This document shows positions 56,580 through 64,000 of a DNA stretch of 64,000 nt, one piece after another. The DNA lies in NCBI GenBank assembly GCA_049323655.1, contig JBMONO010000006.1, positions 18,953 through 82,952 of the forward strand. Direction: 5' to 3'. The stretch's first letter is position 1. Every line of letters begins with the position of its first letter. Origin of the DNA: Thermodesulfobacteriota bacterium (GTDB taxonomy: Bacteria > Desulfobacterota > Desulfobulbia > Desulfobulbales > SURF-16). Below the pieces are notes generated by a model. The model saw only the letters and a list, made by a program, of their open reading frames with translations, was not told the DNA's origin and searched no databases. A program made the position numbers and the translations under genes.

Positions 56580-57248
56580 ATGCTTTTCATGGCTGTGCAT
56601 CACACATTTCATCGAGAACTGGAAAAACTGAACCAGAAGCTGTTGTCCATGGGCGCTCTGGTGGAGGAGCGGGTCCGCATGGCGGTCACCGTCATTGAAA
56701 CCCATGACGAGGAGATGATCCAGAAGATCATCCGCTCCGATTACGAAATCGACGACATGGAAGTTGAGATCGAGGAGGAGTGCCTGAAAATCCTCGCCCT
56801 CCATCAACCGGTGGCCAGTGACCTGCGCTTTCTCATCACCGTCATCAAGATCAACAATGAAATAGAGCGAATCGGCGACATGGCGGTCAATATCGCCAAA
56901 CGGGTCGAGGGGATCGTCCAGAGCAGCAGCTCCCTCAAGAGCGGCTTCGACTACGGCGAGATGTCGGAGCATGTCATCACCATGCTGAAAATGAGCCTTG
57001 ACGCCCTGGTGCACCGCGACGCCTCCCTGGCCCGCAAGATCTTCTTTATCGACGACGAGGTCGACGCGCTCCGCAACCAGGCCTATGACACGGTCATCAA
57101 GCTGCTCGGCAAGTTTCCCGAGCATCCGGCCTGCATGATCAACAACTTCCTCCTCGCCCGTCATCTTGAAAGGATCGCCGACCGGGCCACCAACATTGCC
57201 GAAGAGGTGATCTACCTCGTTGAAGGCGAAATCGTCAGGTTTCGGTGA
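56580..57248 (+). CDS. phoU: Phosphate signalling complex protein PhoU
   Basis: FHRELEKLNQKLLSMGALVEERV..., two PhoU repeats (EIERIGDMAVNIAK; HLERIADRATNIAE). The start may be ATG 56589, which has better spacing from AAGGAG. Confidence 0.9.
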   Translation: MLFMAVHHTFHRELEKLNQKLLSMGALVEERVRMAVTVIETHDEEMIQKIIRSDYEIDDMEVEIEEECLKILALHQPVASDLRFLITVIKINNEIERIGDMAVNIAKRVEGIVQSSSSLKSGFDYGEMSEHVITMLKMSLDALVHRDASLARKIFFIDDEVDALRNQAYDTVIKLLGKFPEHPACMINNFLLARHLERIADRATNIAEEVIYLVEGEIVRFR

Positions 57249-57262
57249 TGGGAGGAGGTCAC

Positions 57263-58651
57263 ATGAGCGCTTCATATCTCTTTGCAACCATCCTGCTGCT
57301 GGCAGCGACCTCCTATTATTTCGCCCGCTCCCGCGCCTTTGCCGTCGCCAGCCAATGCGGCGGAGTCAGGGCGCTTCATTCCCTGCCAGGTCACTACGGC
57401 ATGCTCACCGCGCTGTGGTGCGCCCTGCCGGCCCTGCTGATCTTCACGGTCTGGCAGATGGCCGAATCAGCGGTCATCACCGCGCTCGTCACCGCCCAGC
57501 TGCCGGCGGAAATCGCCGCCCTGCCGCAGAGTCGCCTTGGCCTTGTCATCAACGACATCAAAAACACCGTTGCCGGCAACATCGTTGCCGGCGACCCGGC
57601 CCCTTATGTGCTGCAGGCCGCTGACCATTACCGCTCCCTGCAGACCATTTCCGACCGGGCCCTGGCCGGGGTCCTCCTCGCCTGTATGCTGGCGGCCGGC
57701 AGCCTTGCCTACCTGAAGATCAGCCCGACCCTGCGCGCCCGCAACAAGGTGGAAAAGGTCTTCCGCCTTCTGCTTTTGCTCTGCGCCGCCTTTGCCATCC
57801 TCATCACGGTGGGCATCATCCTTTCAGTGCTGTTCGAGGCAATCCGCTTTTTCAAGGTCATCCCGGTTCACGAATTTCTCTTCGGCCTGCAATGGAGCCC
57901 GCAGACCGCCATCCGCAGCGACCAGATCGGTTCGGCGGGCGCCTTCGGGGCTATCCCGGTTTTTGCCGGCACCGCCCTGATCGCTCTGATCGCCATGATC
58001 GTCGCCGTTCCCATCGGCCTCATGTCCGCTATTTATCTCTCCGAGTATGCCAGCAACCGCACCCGTTCAGCGGTCAAGCCGCTGCTCGAAATCCTGGCCG
58101 GCATCCCCACCGTGGTCTACGGCTTTTTCGCAGCACTCACCGTCGCCCCGTTTCTCCGGGACACCGGTTCCCTTTTCAATCTCTCCATCTCCTCGGAAAG
58201 CGCCCTGGCCGCCGGGGTGGTGATGGGCATCATGATCATCCCCTTTGTCTCGTCTCTTTCCGATGACGTTATCCACGCCGTGCCCCAAGCCATGCGCGAT
58301 GGTTCGCTCGCCCTTGGCGCGACCAGATCGGAGACGATCAAACAGGTCGTCATTCCGGCCGCCCTGCCCGGCATTGTCGGCAGCATCCTGCTCGCCGTTT
58401 CCAGGGCCATCGGCGAAACGATGATCGTCGTCATGGCCGCCGGCCTCTCCGCCAATCTCACCGCCAACCCCTTTCAGGCGGTCACCACCGTTACCGTCCA
58501 GATCGTCACCCTGCTGGTCGGCGATCAGGAATTCGACAGTCCGAAGACCCTGGCCGCCTTTGCCCTGGGCCTGCTTCTTTTCGTTTTTACCCTGCTGCTC
58601 AACATCATCGCCCTCTATGTGGTGCGAACCTACCGGGAACAATACGAATAG
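57263..58651 (+). CDS. pstC: Phosphate ABC transporter permease PstC (long form)
   Basis: Polytopic protein. EAA-loop region LALGATRSETIKQVVIPAALPGI. GGAGG RBS upstream of ATG 57263. Confidence 0.85.
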   Translation: MSASYLFATILLLAATSYYFARSRAFAVASQCGGVRALHSLPGHYGMLTALWCALPALLIFTVWQMAESAVITALVTAQLPAEIAALPQSRLGLVINDIKNTVAGNIVAGDPAPYVLQAADHYRSLQTISDRALAGVLLACMLAAGSLAYLKISPTLRARNKVEKVFRLLLLLCAAFAILITVGIILSVLFEAIRFFKVIPVHEFLFGLQWSPQTAIRSDQIGSAGAFGAIPVFAGTALIALIAMIVAVPIGLMSAIYLSEYASNRTRSAVKPLLEILAGIPTVVYGFFAALTVAPFLRDTGSLFNLSISSESALAAGVVMGIMIIPFVSSLSDDVIHAVPQAMRDGSLALGATRSETIKQVVIPAALPGIVGSILLAVSRAIGETMIVVMAAGLSANLTANPFQAVTTVTVQIVTLLVGDQEFDSPKTLAAFALGLLLFVFTLLLNIIALYVVRTYREQYE

Positions 58652-58664
58652 AGGGAGAGAAACG

Positions 58665-59939
58665 ATGAAGAACGAACAGCAAAACAGCTCCATGGCCAAG
58701 GTCAATGCCGGTCTGCTCAAACGCTACCGGGCGGAAAAGCGCTTCCGATTTTACGGGATGGCGGCGATTTTCATTTCACTCGTCTTTCTCGCCCTGCTCT
58801 TTGTCTCCATTGTCGGCAGGGGGTATTCCGCCTTCCAGCAAACCTATGTGCAGCTGGACATCTTTTTTAACCCAACCGAATTTGCCGGCGAAAATCTGGC
58901 AACCGCCGATTTTGCGGGGCTGGTCAAAACATCATTACGCGAGAAGTTCCCCGAAGTCACCGACCGGCGCGGCAAAAAAGAGCTCTACGACCTCGTCAGT
59001 TCCGGTGCCGCATTTATCCTCCAGGACATGGTGCAGGATGACCCCTCCCTCATCGGCAACACCAAAGCGGTATGGGTGCCGGTCAACGACGACGTGGACA
59101 TGCTCTACAAAGGCTTTATCGACCGGACGAAGCCAGAGGGAGAACGACGGATCAAGGACAGCCAGCTCGGCTGGCTTGACAAACTGGAACAGGAAGGCCG
59201 GCTGGACAAGAGGTTCAACCGGACTTTCTTCACCGCCGGCGACTCGCGCGAGCCGGAACTTGCCGGCATCTGGGGCGCAACCAGAGGCTCGTTTTACGTA
59301 CTCGTCATCACCCTGCTCCTCTCCTTTCCGGTGGGGGTGGCGGCCGCCGTGTACCTCGAAGAATTCGCCCCGAAAAACCGCTGGATCGATCTCATCGAGG
59401 TCAACATCAACAATCTGGCCGCGGTTCCCTCCATCGTCTTCGGTCTGCTCGGACTCGCCGTTTTCATCAACTTTTTCGGCATGCCGCGCTCAACGCCCCT
59501 GGTGGGCGGACTGGTCATGACCCTGATGACCCTGCCGGTCATCATCATCGCCAGTCGCGCCTCCCTCCAGTCGGTGCCGCCGTCAATCCGCGAGGCGGCC
59601 CTCGGGGTCGGCGCCTCGAAAATGCAGATGGTGGTCCATCATGTCCTGCCCCTTGCCCTGCCCGGCATGCTGACCGGCACCATCATCGGCATGGCCCGCG
59701 CCCTGGGCGAGACCGCCCCTTTGCTGATGATCGGCATGGTCGCCTTTATCGTCGATATTCCCGGCGGTTTCACCGATCCGGCCACCGCCTTACCGGTGCA
59801 GATCTATCTGTGGGCCGACAGCCCGGAACGGGCCTTCACCGAACGGACATCTGCGGCGATCATGGTCCTGCTCGCCTTTCTCATCTGCATGAACGCCGGC
59901 GCAGTCTATCTGCGCAAACGCTTTGAAATCAAATGGTAG
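58665..59939 (+). CDS. pstA: Phosphate ABC transporter permease PstA
   Basis: EAALGVGASKMQMVVHHVLPLALPGMLTG, polytopic. GGGAGAG RBS upstream of ATG 58665. Confidence 0.85.
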   Translation: MKNEQQNSSMAKVNAGLLKRYRAEKRFRFYGMAAIFISLVFLALLFVSIVGRGYSAFQQTYVQLDIFFNPTEFAGENLATADFAGLVKTSLREKFPEVTDRRGKKELYDLVSSGAAFILQDMVQDDPSLIGNTKAVWVPVNDDVDMLYKGFIDRTKPEGERRIKDSQLGWLDKLEQEGRLDKRFNRTFFTAGDSREPELAGIWGATRGSFYVLVITLLLSFPVGVAAAVYLEEFAPKNRWIDLIEVNINNLAAVPSIVFGLLGLAVFINFFGMPRSTPLVGGLVMTLMTLPVIIIASRASLQSVPPSIREAALGVGASKMQMVVHHVLPLALPGMLTGTIIGMARALGETAPLLMIGMVAFIVDIPGGFTDPATALPVQIYLWADSPERAFTERTSAAIMVLLAFLICMNAGAVYLRKRFEIKW

Positions 59940-59975
59940 GTCCCATATTTTCACTTTCCACAAAGGAGAAAACGC

Positions 59976-61025
59976 ATGAAAAGGAAAACATTTGCAGTGG
60001 CAGCGGCATTACTGGCAGGCATTGTCGGCACCTCGACGGTGCAGGCGGCTGGACGCGATTACATCAGCATCGTCGGCTCCTCCACCGTTTACCCCTTTGC
60101 CACGGTGGTGGCGGAGCAGATCGGCAAGACCAGTAATTTCAAAACCCCGAAGATCGAATCCACCGGCACCGGCGGCGGCTTCAAGCTCTTCTGCGCCGGC
60201 GTCGGCGTCCAGCATCCGGACATGACCAATGCTTCCCGGGCGATCAAGAAATCGGAATACGACACCTGCCAGGCCAACGGCGTCAAGAACATCGTCGAGG
60301 TCAAGATCGGCTATGACGGCATCGTCCTCGCCAACTCGAAGAAGAGCGCGCCGATGCAGATCTCCCGCAAGGAGATTTTCCTCGCCCTGGCCAAAGAGGT
60401 GCCGGACCCCAAAGGCGGCGACGCACTGATTGCCAACCCCTATAAGAACTGGAGCGAAATCAACCCGAATCTGCCTAACGTCAAGATCGAGGTCCTTGGC
60501 CCGCCGCCCACCTCCGGCACCCGCGACGCCTTTGTCGAACTGGTCATGGAGGCAGGTGGTGATGAATTCGAGTCCATCAAGGCCATGAAAAAAAGCGACA
60601 AGGACAGACACAAGGCCATCACCCAGAGCGTGCGTGAGGACGGCGCCTTCATCGAGGCCGGTGAAAACGACAACCTCATCGTTCAGAAACTCGAGGCCAA
60701 CCCCAACGCCTTCGGCATCTTCGGTTTCAGCTTCCTAGATCAGAACGCCGACAAGGTGCAGGGAGCCATTGTCGAAGACAACGCCCCGACCTTCGAGAAC
60801 ATCGCGGATGGCAAGTATCCGGTTTCCCGCCCCCTGTTCTTCTATGTGAAGAAGGATCATGTCGGCGTCATTCCCGGCATCGAGGAGTATCTGGCCGAAT
60901 TCACCAGTGAAAAGGCCTGGGGCGAAGAAGGCTATCTCGCCGACAAAGGCATGATCCCCATGCCGGAAGAGGAACGCAAAGCAGTGGCCGGTGACGTCAA
61001 GGCGCTGAAACCCCTCAGCATGTAA
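59976..61025 (+). CDS. pstS: Phosphate-binding periplasmic protein, PstS family
   Basis: Signal peptide MKRKTFAVAAALLAGIVGTSTVQA. IVGSSTVYPF and GPPPTSGTRDAF are phosphate-binding PBP motifs. Confidence 0.85.
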   Translation: MKRKTFAVAAALLAGIVGTSTVQAAGRDYISIVGSSTVYPFATVVAEQIGKTSNFKTPKIESTGTGGGFKLFCAGVGVQHPDMTNASRAIKKSEYDTCQANGVKNIVEVKIGYDGIVLANSKKSAPMQISRKEIFLALAKEVPDPKGGDALIANPYKNWSEINPNLPNVKIEVLGPPPTSGTRDAFVELVMEAGGDEFESIKAMKKSDKDRHKAITQSVREDGAFIEAGENDNLIVQKLEANPNAFGIFGFSFLDQNADKVQGAIVEDNAPTFENIADGKYPVSRPLFFYVKKDHVGVIPGIEEYLAEFTSEKAWGEEGYLADKGMIPMPEEERKAVAGDVKALKPLSM

Positions 61026-61042
61026 GCCGAACACCGCTCATC

Positions 61043-61100
61043 CTGGCGCCGGGGTCTGCCGGAATGGTAACGCCGGCCCCGACGCCAGCTCTTTTTTCTT
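61043..61100 (+). terminator. Rho-independent terminator/attenuator after pstS
   Basis: CTGGCGCCGGGG (61043-61054) pairs with CCCCGACGCCAG (61077-61088) at 11 of 12 positions. An inner GCCGG/CCGGC stem is present, and CTCTTTTTTCTT follows. Confidence 0.6.
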
Positions 61101-61127
61101 CATATTTCATCGCAAGGATCGGGAATC

Positions 61128-61180
61128 ACCCTGTTTTTCTTTGTGTTTTCCCCGGTCTCTGTGGTAGAATTTGCGGAGCA
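61128..61180 (+). repeat. Partial (right-half) copy of the MITE-like repeat
   Basis: TCTTTGTGTTTTCCCCGGTCTCTGTGGTAGAATTTGCGG aligns with the right arm TCTTTGTGCGCTTCGTGGTCTCTGTGGTTGATTTTCAG of copy E. Confidence 0.5.
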
Positions 61181-61188
61181 GCAACAGC

Positions 61189-62073
61189 ATGAACGCGATA
61201 CTTGACATCAGCAGTCACGATCTTTCCGCCATGAGAACCAAGGAGGATGTTTTGTCGCTGGCCCAAGACAAAGCGCTTCACAAAAAACGTGAAACTGTAG
61301 GCAACCCCTTTGTCGAAACCCCCCGCATGACCTGCCGAGAGGTTTTTGTCTACTACGGGGAGAAAATGGCGATCAACAATGTCAGTATCGATATCGCCCA
61401 CAATGAAGTGATTGCCATGATCGGACCGTCCGGCTGCGGCAAATCGACCTTTCTCCGCTGCCTCAACCGCATGAACGACACGGTGGAGGGCTGCCGGGTC
61501 ACCGGTGAAATCCGCCTCGACGACATGGATATCCATGACAAGAGCGTCGATGTCGTTCCCCTGCGCGCCAGAGTCGGCATGGTCTTCCAGAAACCAAACC
61601 CCTTCCCGAAATCCATTTACGACAATATCGCCTACGGCCCGAAAATCCACGGACTGGTCAAAAACAAGGCGGAACTCGACGAGGTGGTGGAAACCTCTCT
61701 GAAAAAGGCCGGCCTCTGGGAAGAGGTGAAAGACCGACTCAGCCAGCCCGGCACCGGGTTGTCCGGCGGCCAGCAGCAGCGTCTCTGTATTGCCCGGGCC
61801 ATTGCCGTCAGTCCGGAGGTTATCCTCATGGACGAACCCTGTTCGGCCCTGGACCCCATCGCCACCGCCAAAGTGGAGGAACTGATCGCCGAATTGCGTG
61901 AACAGTACTCCATCGTCATCGTCACCCACTCCATGCAGCAGGCCGCCCGCGTCTCCCAGCGCACCGCCTATTTCCATCTGGGCGATCTCATCGAGGTCGG
62001 GCCGACGGAGCGTATCTTCACCAATCCCCGCCACCAGCTGACCGAGGATTACATCACCGGCCGTTTCGGCTGA
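61189..62073 (+). CDS. pstB: Phosphate ABC transporter ATP-binding protein PstB
   Basis: [18 protein letters not shown]...[40 protein letters not shown]. The start is uncertain: TTG 61171 (track), ATG 61189, or an internal TTG after AAGGAGG near 61245. Confidence 0.88.
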   Translation: MNAILDISSHDLSAMRTKEDVLSLAQDKALHKKRETVGNPFVETPRMTCREVFVYYGEKMAINNVSIDIAHNEVIAMIGPSGCGKSTFLRCLNRMNDTVEGCRVTGEIRLDDMDIHDKSVDVVPLRARVGMVFQKPNPFPKSIYDNIAYGPKIHGLVKNKAELDEVVETSLKKAGLWEEVKDRLSQPGTGLSGGQQQRLCIARAIAVSPEVILMDEPCSALDPIATAKVEELIAELREQYSIVIVTHSMQQAARVSQRTAYFHLGDLIEVGPTERIFTNPRHQLTEDYITGRFG

Positions 62074-62121
62074 TTGCCTCCCGTCCCGCCTGCCAGTAGC
62101 CGCGAAACGGGAAGCTCCGTC

Positions 62122-62520
62122 CTACAGACGCTCGAGGATGGCCTTGACCGTATTGCCTTCCGCCATGCCGGCGAAATGGGCCATGATCGGCTTCATCGCC
62201 TGCATCTTGTTGCCAAGCTTGCTGAAATCGATATTGGCGGCGATCCAGGTCCTGATCTCCTCCTCGCTTGCCTGACGCGGCAGATAGCTTTCGAGAATCT
62301 GCAAATACTCCGACGGCTCTCCGCCGGTCTGGGCCAGGGTCTCGTTCTCCGCCTTGATCAGCTTGCGGATGACCGCGATCACTTCCGTGTCATCGAGCTC
62401 CTTTTTCGCCTGGCGGCCGAACTCGCCGAGCAGGACACGCAGCGCCGAGGTTCGTGCTTCCGTCTTGGCCTTCATCGATTCCTTTAAATCACTTTTGATC
62501 TTCTCCTGCAGCGACATCAT
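62122..62520 (-). CDS. GatB/YqeY-domain protein
   Basis: MSLQEKIKSDLKESMKAKTEARTSALRVLL... is a typical YqeY N-terminus. Confidence 0.75.
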   Translation of the reverse strand: MMSLQEKIKSDLKESMKAKTEARTSALRVLLGEFGRQAKKELDDTEVIAVIRKLIKAENETLAQTGGEPSEYLQILESYLPRQASEEEIRTWIAANIDFSKLGNKMQAMKPIMAHFAGMAEGNTVKAILERL

Positions 62521-62547
62521 TTTCTCCTTTTCAAGCACGGATAGTTT

Positions 62548-62642
62548 CGTAATAACAAAGATGCAACCACAGAGACGACGGAAGCCGCAGAGAAATTACG
62601 CTGCGCCCTCTGTGCTCTCAGTGGTGAAAATAGACGTTTACC
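62548..62642 (-). repeat. MITE-like intergenic repeat, copy J (inverted orientation, AT-rich core deleted)
   Basis: CGTAATAACAAAGATGCAACCACAGAGACGACGGAAGCCGCAGAGAAATTACGCTGCGCCCTCTGTGCTCTCAGTGGTGAAAATAGACGTTTACC. Confidence 0.65.
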
Positions 62643-62648
62643 CCATCA

Positions 62649-63230
62649 TCACCTCTTATTCATACTCTTTTTTTCCAGCCGAACGTTATCGACAAAAAAA
62701 ACAAGTGGTTTTTCCGGCCGCCGGACAAAAAGGGCAAGACGGCTGACCGCCTCCGGTTGCAGCAGCCGGCCGGTGCCGGAGGTGGTCAGCCCGACAAGAT
62801 CAACGGCAAAGACATTATCGCCCGGCCGGGCGACAAACCGACCATTGGCCCGATCCGCATAGGGCGGATTATCGCGGCGATCGTCGATGCGCCAGGATAG
62901 CCGGATCGGATCGGCGGCAGGATTATGGATATCCACCAGCAGTCGCCCGGCGGCCATCCGCCCCTCCTCAAAAAAACAGGTTAGCCCCGGATATTCGTCG
63001 TTGGGATACAGCTCGACCCGCAGACTGTGCCTGCCCGAGGTAACATGGCGATCATCCTGTTCCAGCAGGGTGCCGCAGCGCCAGCGCAGAAAATCCAGCT
63101 CCCACTGCTGCTCGAAATCAAACAAAGTGCGGACAGCCGCTCTGTCATATCCCTCCGGACGGCAGGAGACAATGACCACCAGCAGGCCGGCGAGCAAAAA
63201 AATCGCCATTAGTGCCAGCAAACGCCTCAT
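62649..63230 (-). CDS. Hypothetical lipoprotein
   Basis: MRRLLALMAIFLLAGLLVVIVSC has a lipobox-like end. The rest looks like a beta-rich domain with no recognised motif. Start taken at ATG 63230 rather than the track start at 63332. Confidence 0.5.
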   Translation of the reverse strand: MRRLLALMAIFLLAGLLVVIVSCRPEGYDRAAVRTLFDFEQQWELDFLRWRCGTLLEQDDRHVTSGRHSLRVELYPNDEYPGLTCFFEEGRMAAGRLLVDIHNPAADPIRLSWRIDDRRDNPPYADRANGRFVARPGDNVFAVDLVGLTTSGTGRLLQPEAVSRLALFVRRPEKPLVFFVDNVRLEKKSMNKR

Positions 63231-64000
63231 CCCCCTTCCTCCACAAAGCGAATGACGGTGATTTCCGGCGGCACCCCGATCCGCACCGGGAAAAAATCCG
63301 AGGTGCCGATACCGCGGTTGACATAGAGCCACCGATGCCGGTTGTCGGTGAAAAGTCCGGCCCGGTACTCGGGATAATCGACCAGCCGAACCCTTTGCCA
63401 GAGAAAATCGGGAATTCGGAGCTGACCGCCATGGGTGTCACCGGCCAGCCAGAGCAAGGGTCGGCCGCCGGCCTCATGTTCCCAGCCGTGGGCAAAATGG
63501 TGCAGAACCAGCAGCGGTGTTTCACGCTCCGCGTCGGGAGTGTCGGGCAAAAGGTTCTTGGCGGGATCGCGCTCATCATCCGGGGAAAAACCGGCAATCG
63601 CCATCATCCGCCCCGCCCCATCGAGATGAATCGTTTGCACCGTATCCTTGAGGAAAACCGGATGGCGCCGCAACGCATGGACATTCCCTTCCGGATGACA
63701 GAACAGACACTGCTGACGGCCCGTCGCCATATCGGAATCGCCGAGCACACAGTACACCCCGAGCGGCGCCTGCAATCCGGTGACATAGTCGATGGCCGGC
63801 CGCGGATCACTGTCCCACTGGGCAAGATCGCCGGTGATGACGATGAGATCGGGGGCAAGCTCTCTGACCCTTGCCGCCAACCGTTTCTCGCGTTTCCCCG
63901 GTCGGGTGATATGGAGATCGGAAAGATGGACGATCGTCGTCTCCCCCCAGGCCCGCCAGAGCCGGTCATCGGCAATGACAGCCTCTTCGACCGTGATCCT
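63227..64000 (-). CDS. Calcineurin-like metallophosphoesterase (5' end runs off the window)
   Basis: The frame stays open upstream of the track start (TTG 63880) to the window edge. It reads ...TTIVHLSDLHITRPG...LIVITGDLAQWD...VLGDSD...LVLHHFAHG...GDTHGG. Confidence 0.75.
   Translation of the reverse strand, partial: RITVEEAVIADDRLWRAWGETTIVHLSDLHITRPGKREKRLAARVRELAPDLIVITGDLAQWDSDPRPAIDYVTGLQAPLGVYCVLGDSDMATGRQQCLFCHPEGNVHALRRHPVFLKDTVQTIHLDGAGRMMAIAGFSPDDERDPAKNLLPDTPDAERETPLLVLHHFAHGWEHEAGGRPLLWLAGDTHGGQLRIPDFLWQRVRLVDYPEYRAGLFTDNRHRWLYVNRGIGTSDFFPVRIGVPPEITVIRFVEEGG

Noticed and set aside
1-64000. Looked for tRNA, rRNA, tmRNA, riboswitch-like leaders, integrases/transposases and prophage genes.
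   Set aside because: I recognised none by eye. The leaders of ilvB (18478-18627) and leuA (15031-15319) contain short hairpins, but I could not identify a convincing leader peptide or T-box/riboswitch pattern. A covariance-model scan (Infernal/Rfam, tRNAscan-SE) would be needed to be sure.

Overview
This is a GC-rich bacterial chromosomal segment of roughly 60% GC by eye. The gene content suggests a Desulfobacterota (Desulfobulbales-like) genome: futalosine-pathway mqnB/mqnD, a Tat-exported Psr-like molybdoenzyme with Rieske/cytochrome b partners, and many signalling proteins. That placement is an inference, not a measured match. All protein calls come from motifs read in the supplied translations; no searches were run.

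Layout:
- 1-5.2 kb: vapC fragment and an orphan type III CRISPR ancillary module (cas6-like, NE0113-type CARF protein, CARF-adenosine deaminase Cad1, Nudix-like). No cas10 and no CRISPR array are in view.
- 5.4-11.2 kb: two Hsp20 genes, a cNMP-binding protein, and a molybdopterin oxidoreductase-Rieske-cytochrome b operon.
- 11.3-30.4 kb: housekeeping genes (coaD, rsmD, asd, leuA, psd, ilvNB, mqnDB, panDC, xseA), an ABC exporter pair, and glycosyltransferase/LpxH-like genes.
- 30.4-32.3 kb: an AT-rich island with several very small proteins (coiled-coil, Cys-rich, DksA/TraR-like, SAP-like).
- 32.5-39.6 kb: the most interesting part. A seven-gene minus-strand operon (XXXCH/amphi-Trp protein, PHP-like esterase, amphi-Trp protein, PhoU-kinase fusion, ATP-grasp, HprK-like kinase, CofD/YvcK-like). 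It matches what I recall as the functionally uncharacterised 'GAK system' neighbourhood.
- 39.8-44.5 kb: a divergent operon facing it (798-aa unknown, PSD-like decarboxylase, Lgt-like membrane transferase).
- 44.6-51.7 kb: an EAL-CBS-GGDEF protein, an MCP, a second amphi-Trp gene cluster and a secreted PHP-domain protein.
- 52.3-62.1 kb: a complete Pho/Pst regulon (phoH-like, phoR, phoB, phoU, pstC, pstA, pstS, pstB).
- 62.1-64 kb: yqeY-like gene, a lipoprotein and a metallophosphoesterase that runs off the window.

Superimposed on all of this is a roughly 95-130 bp MITE-like intergenic repeat built from inverted triplets of a 9-bp unit (ACCACAGAG / CTCTGTGGT). There are at least 10 clear copies plus fragments, and several sit inside operons. 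I saw no tRNA, rRNA or CRISPR array.
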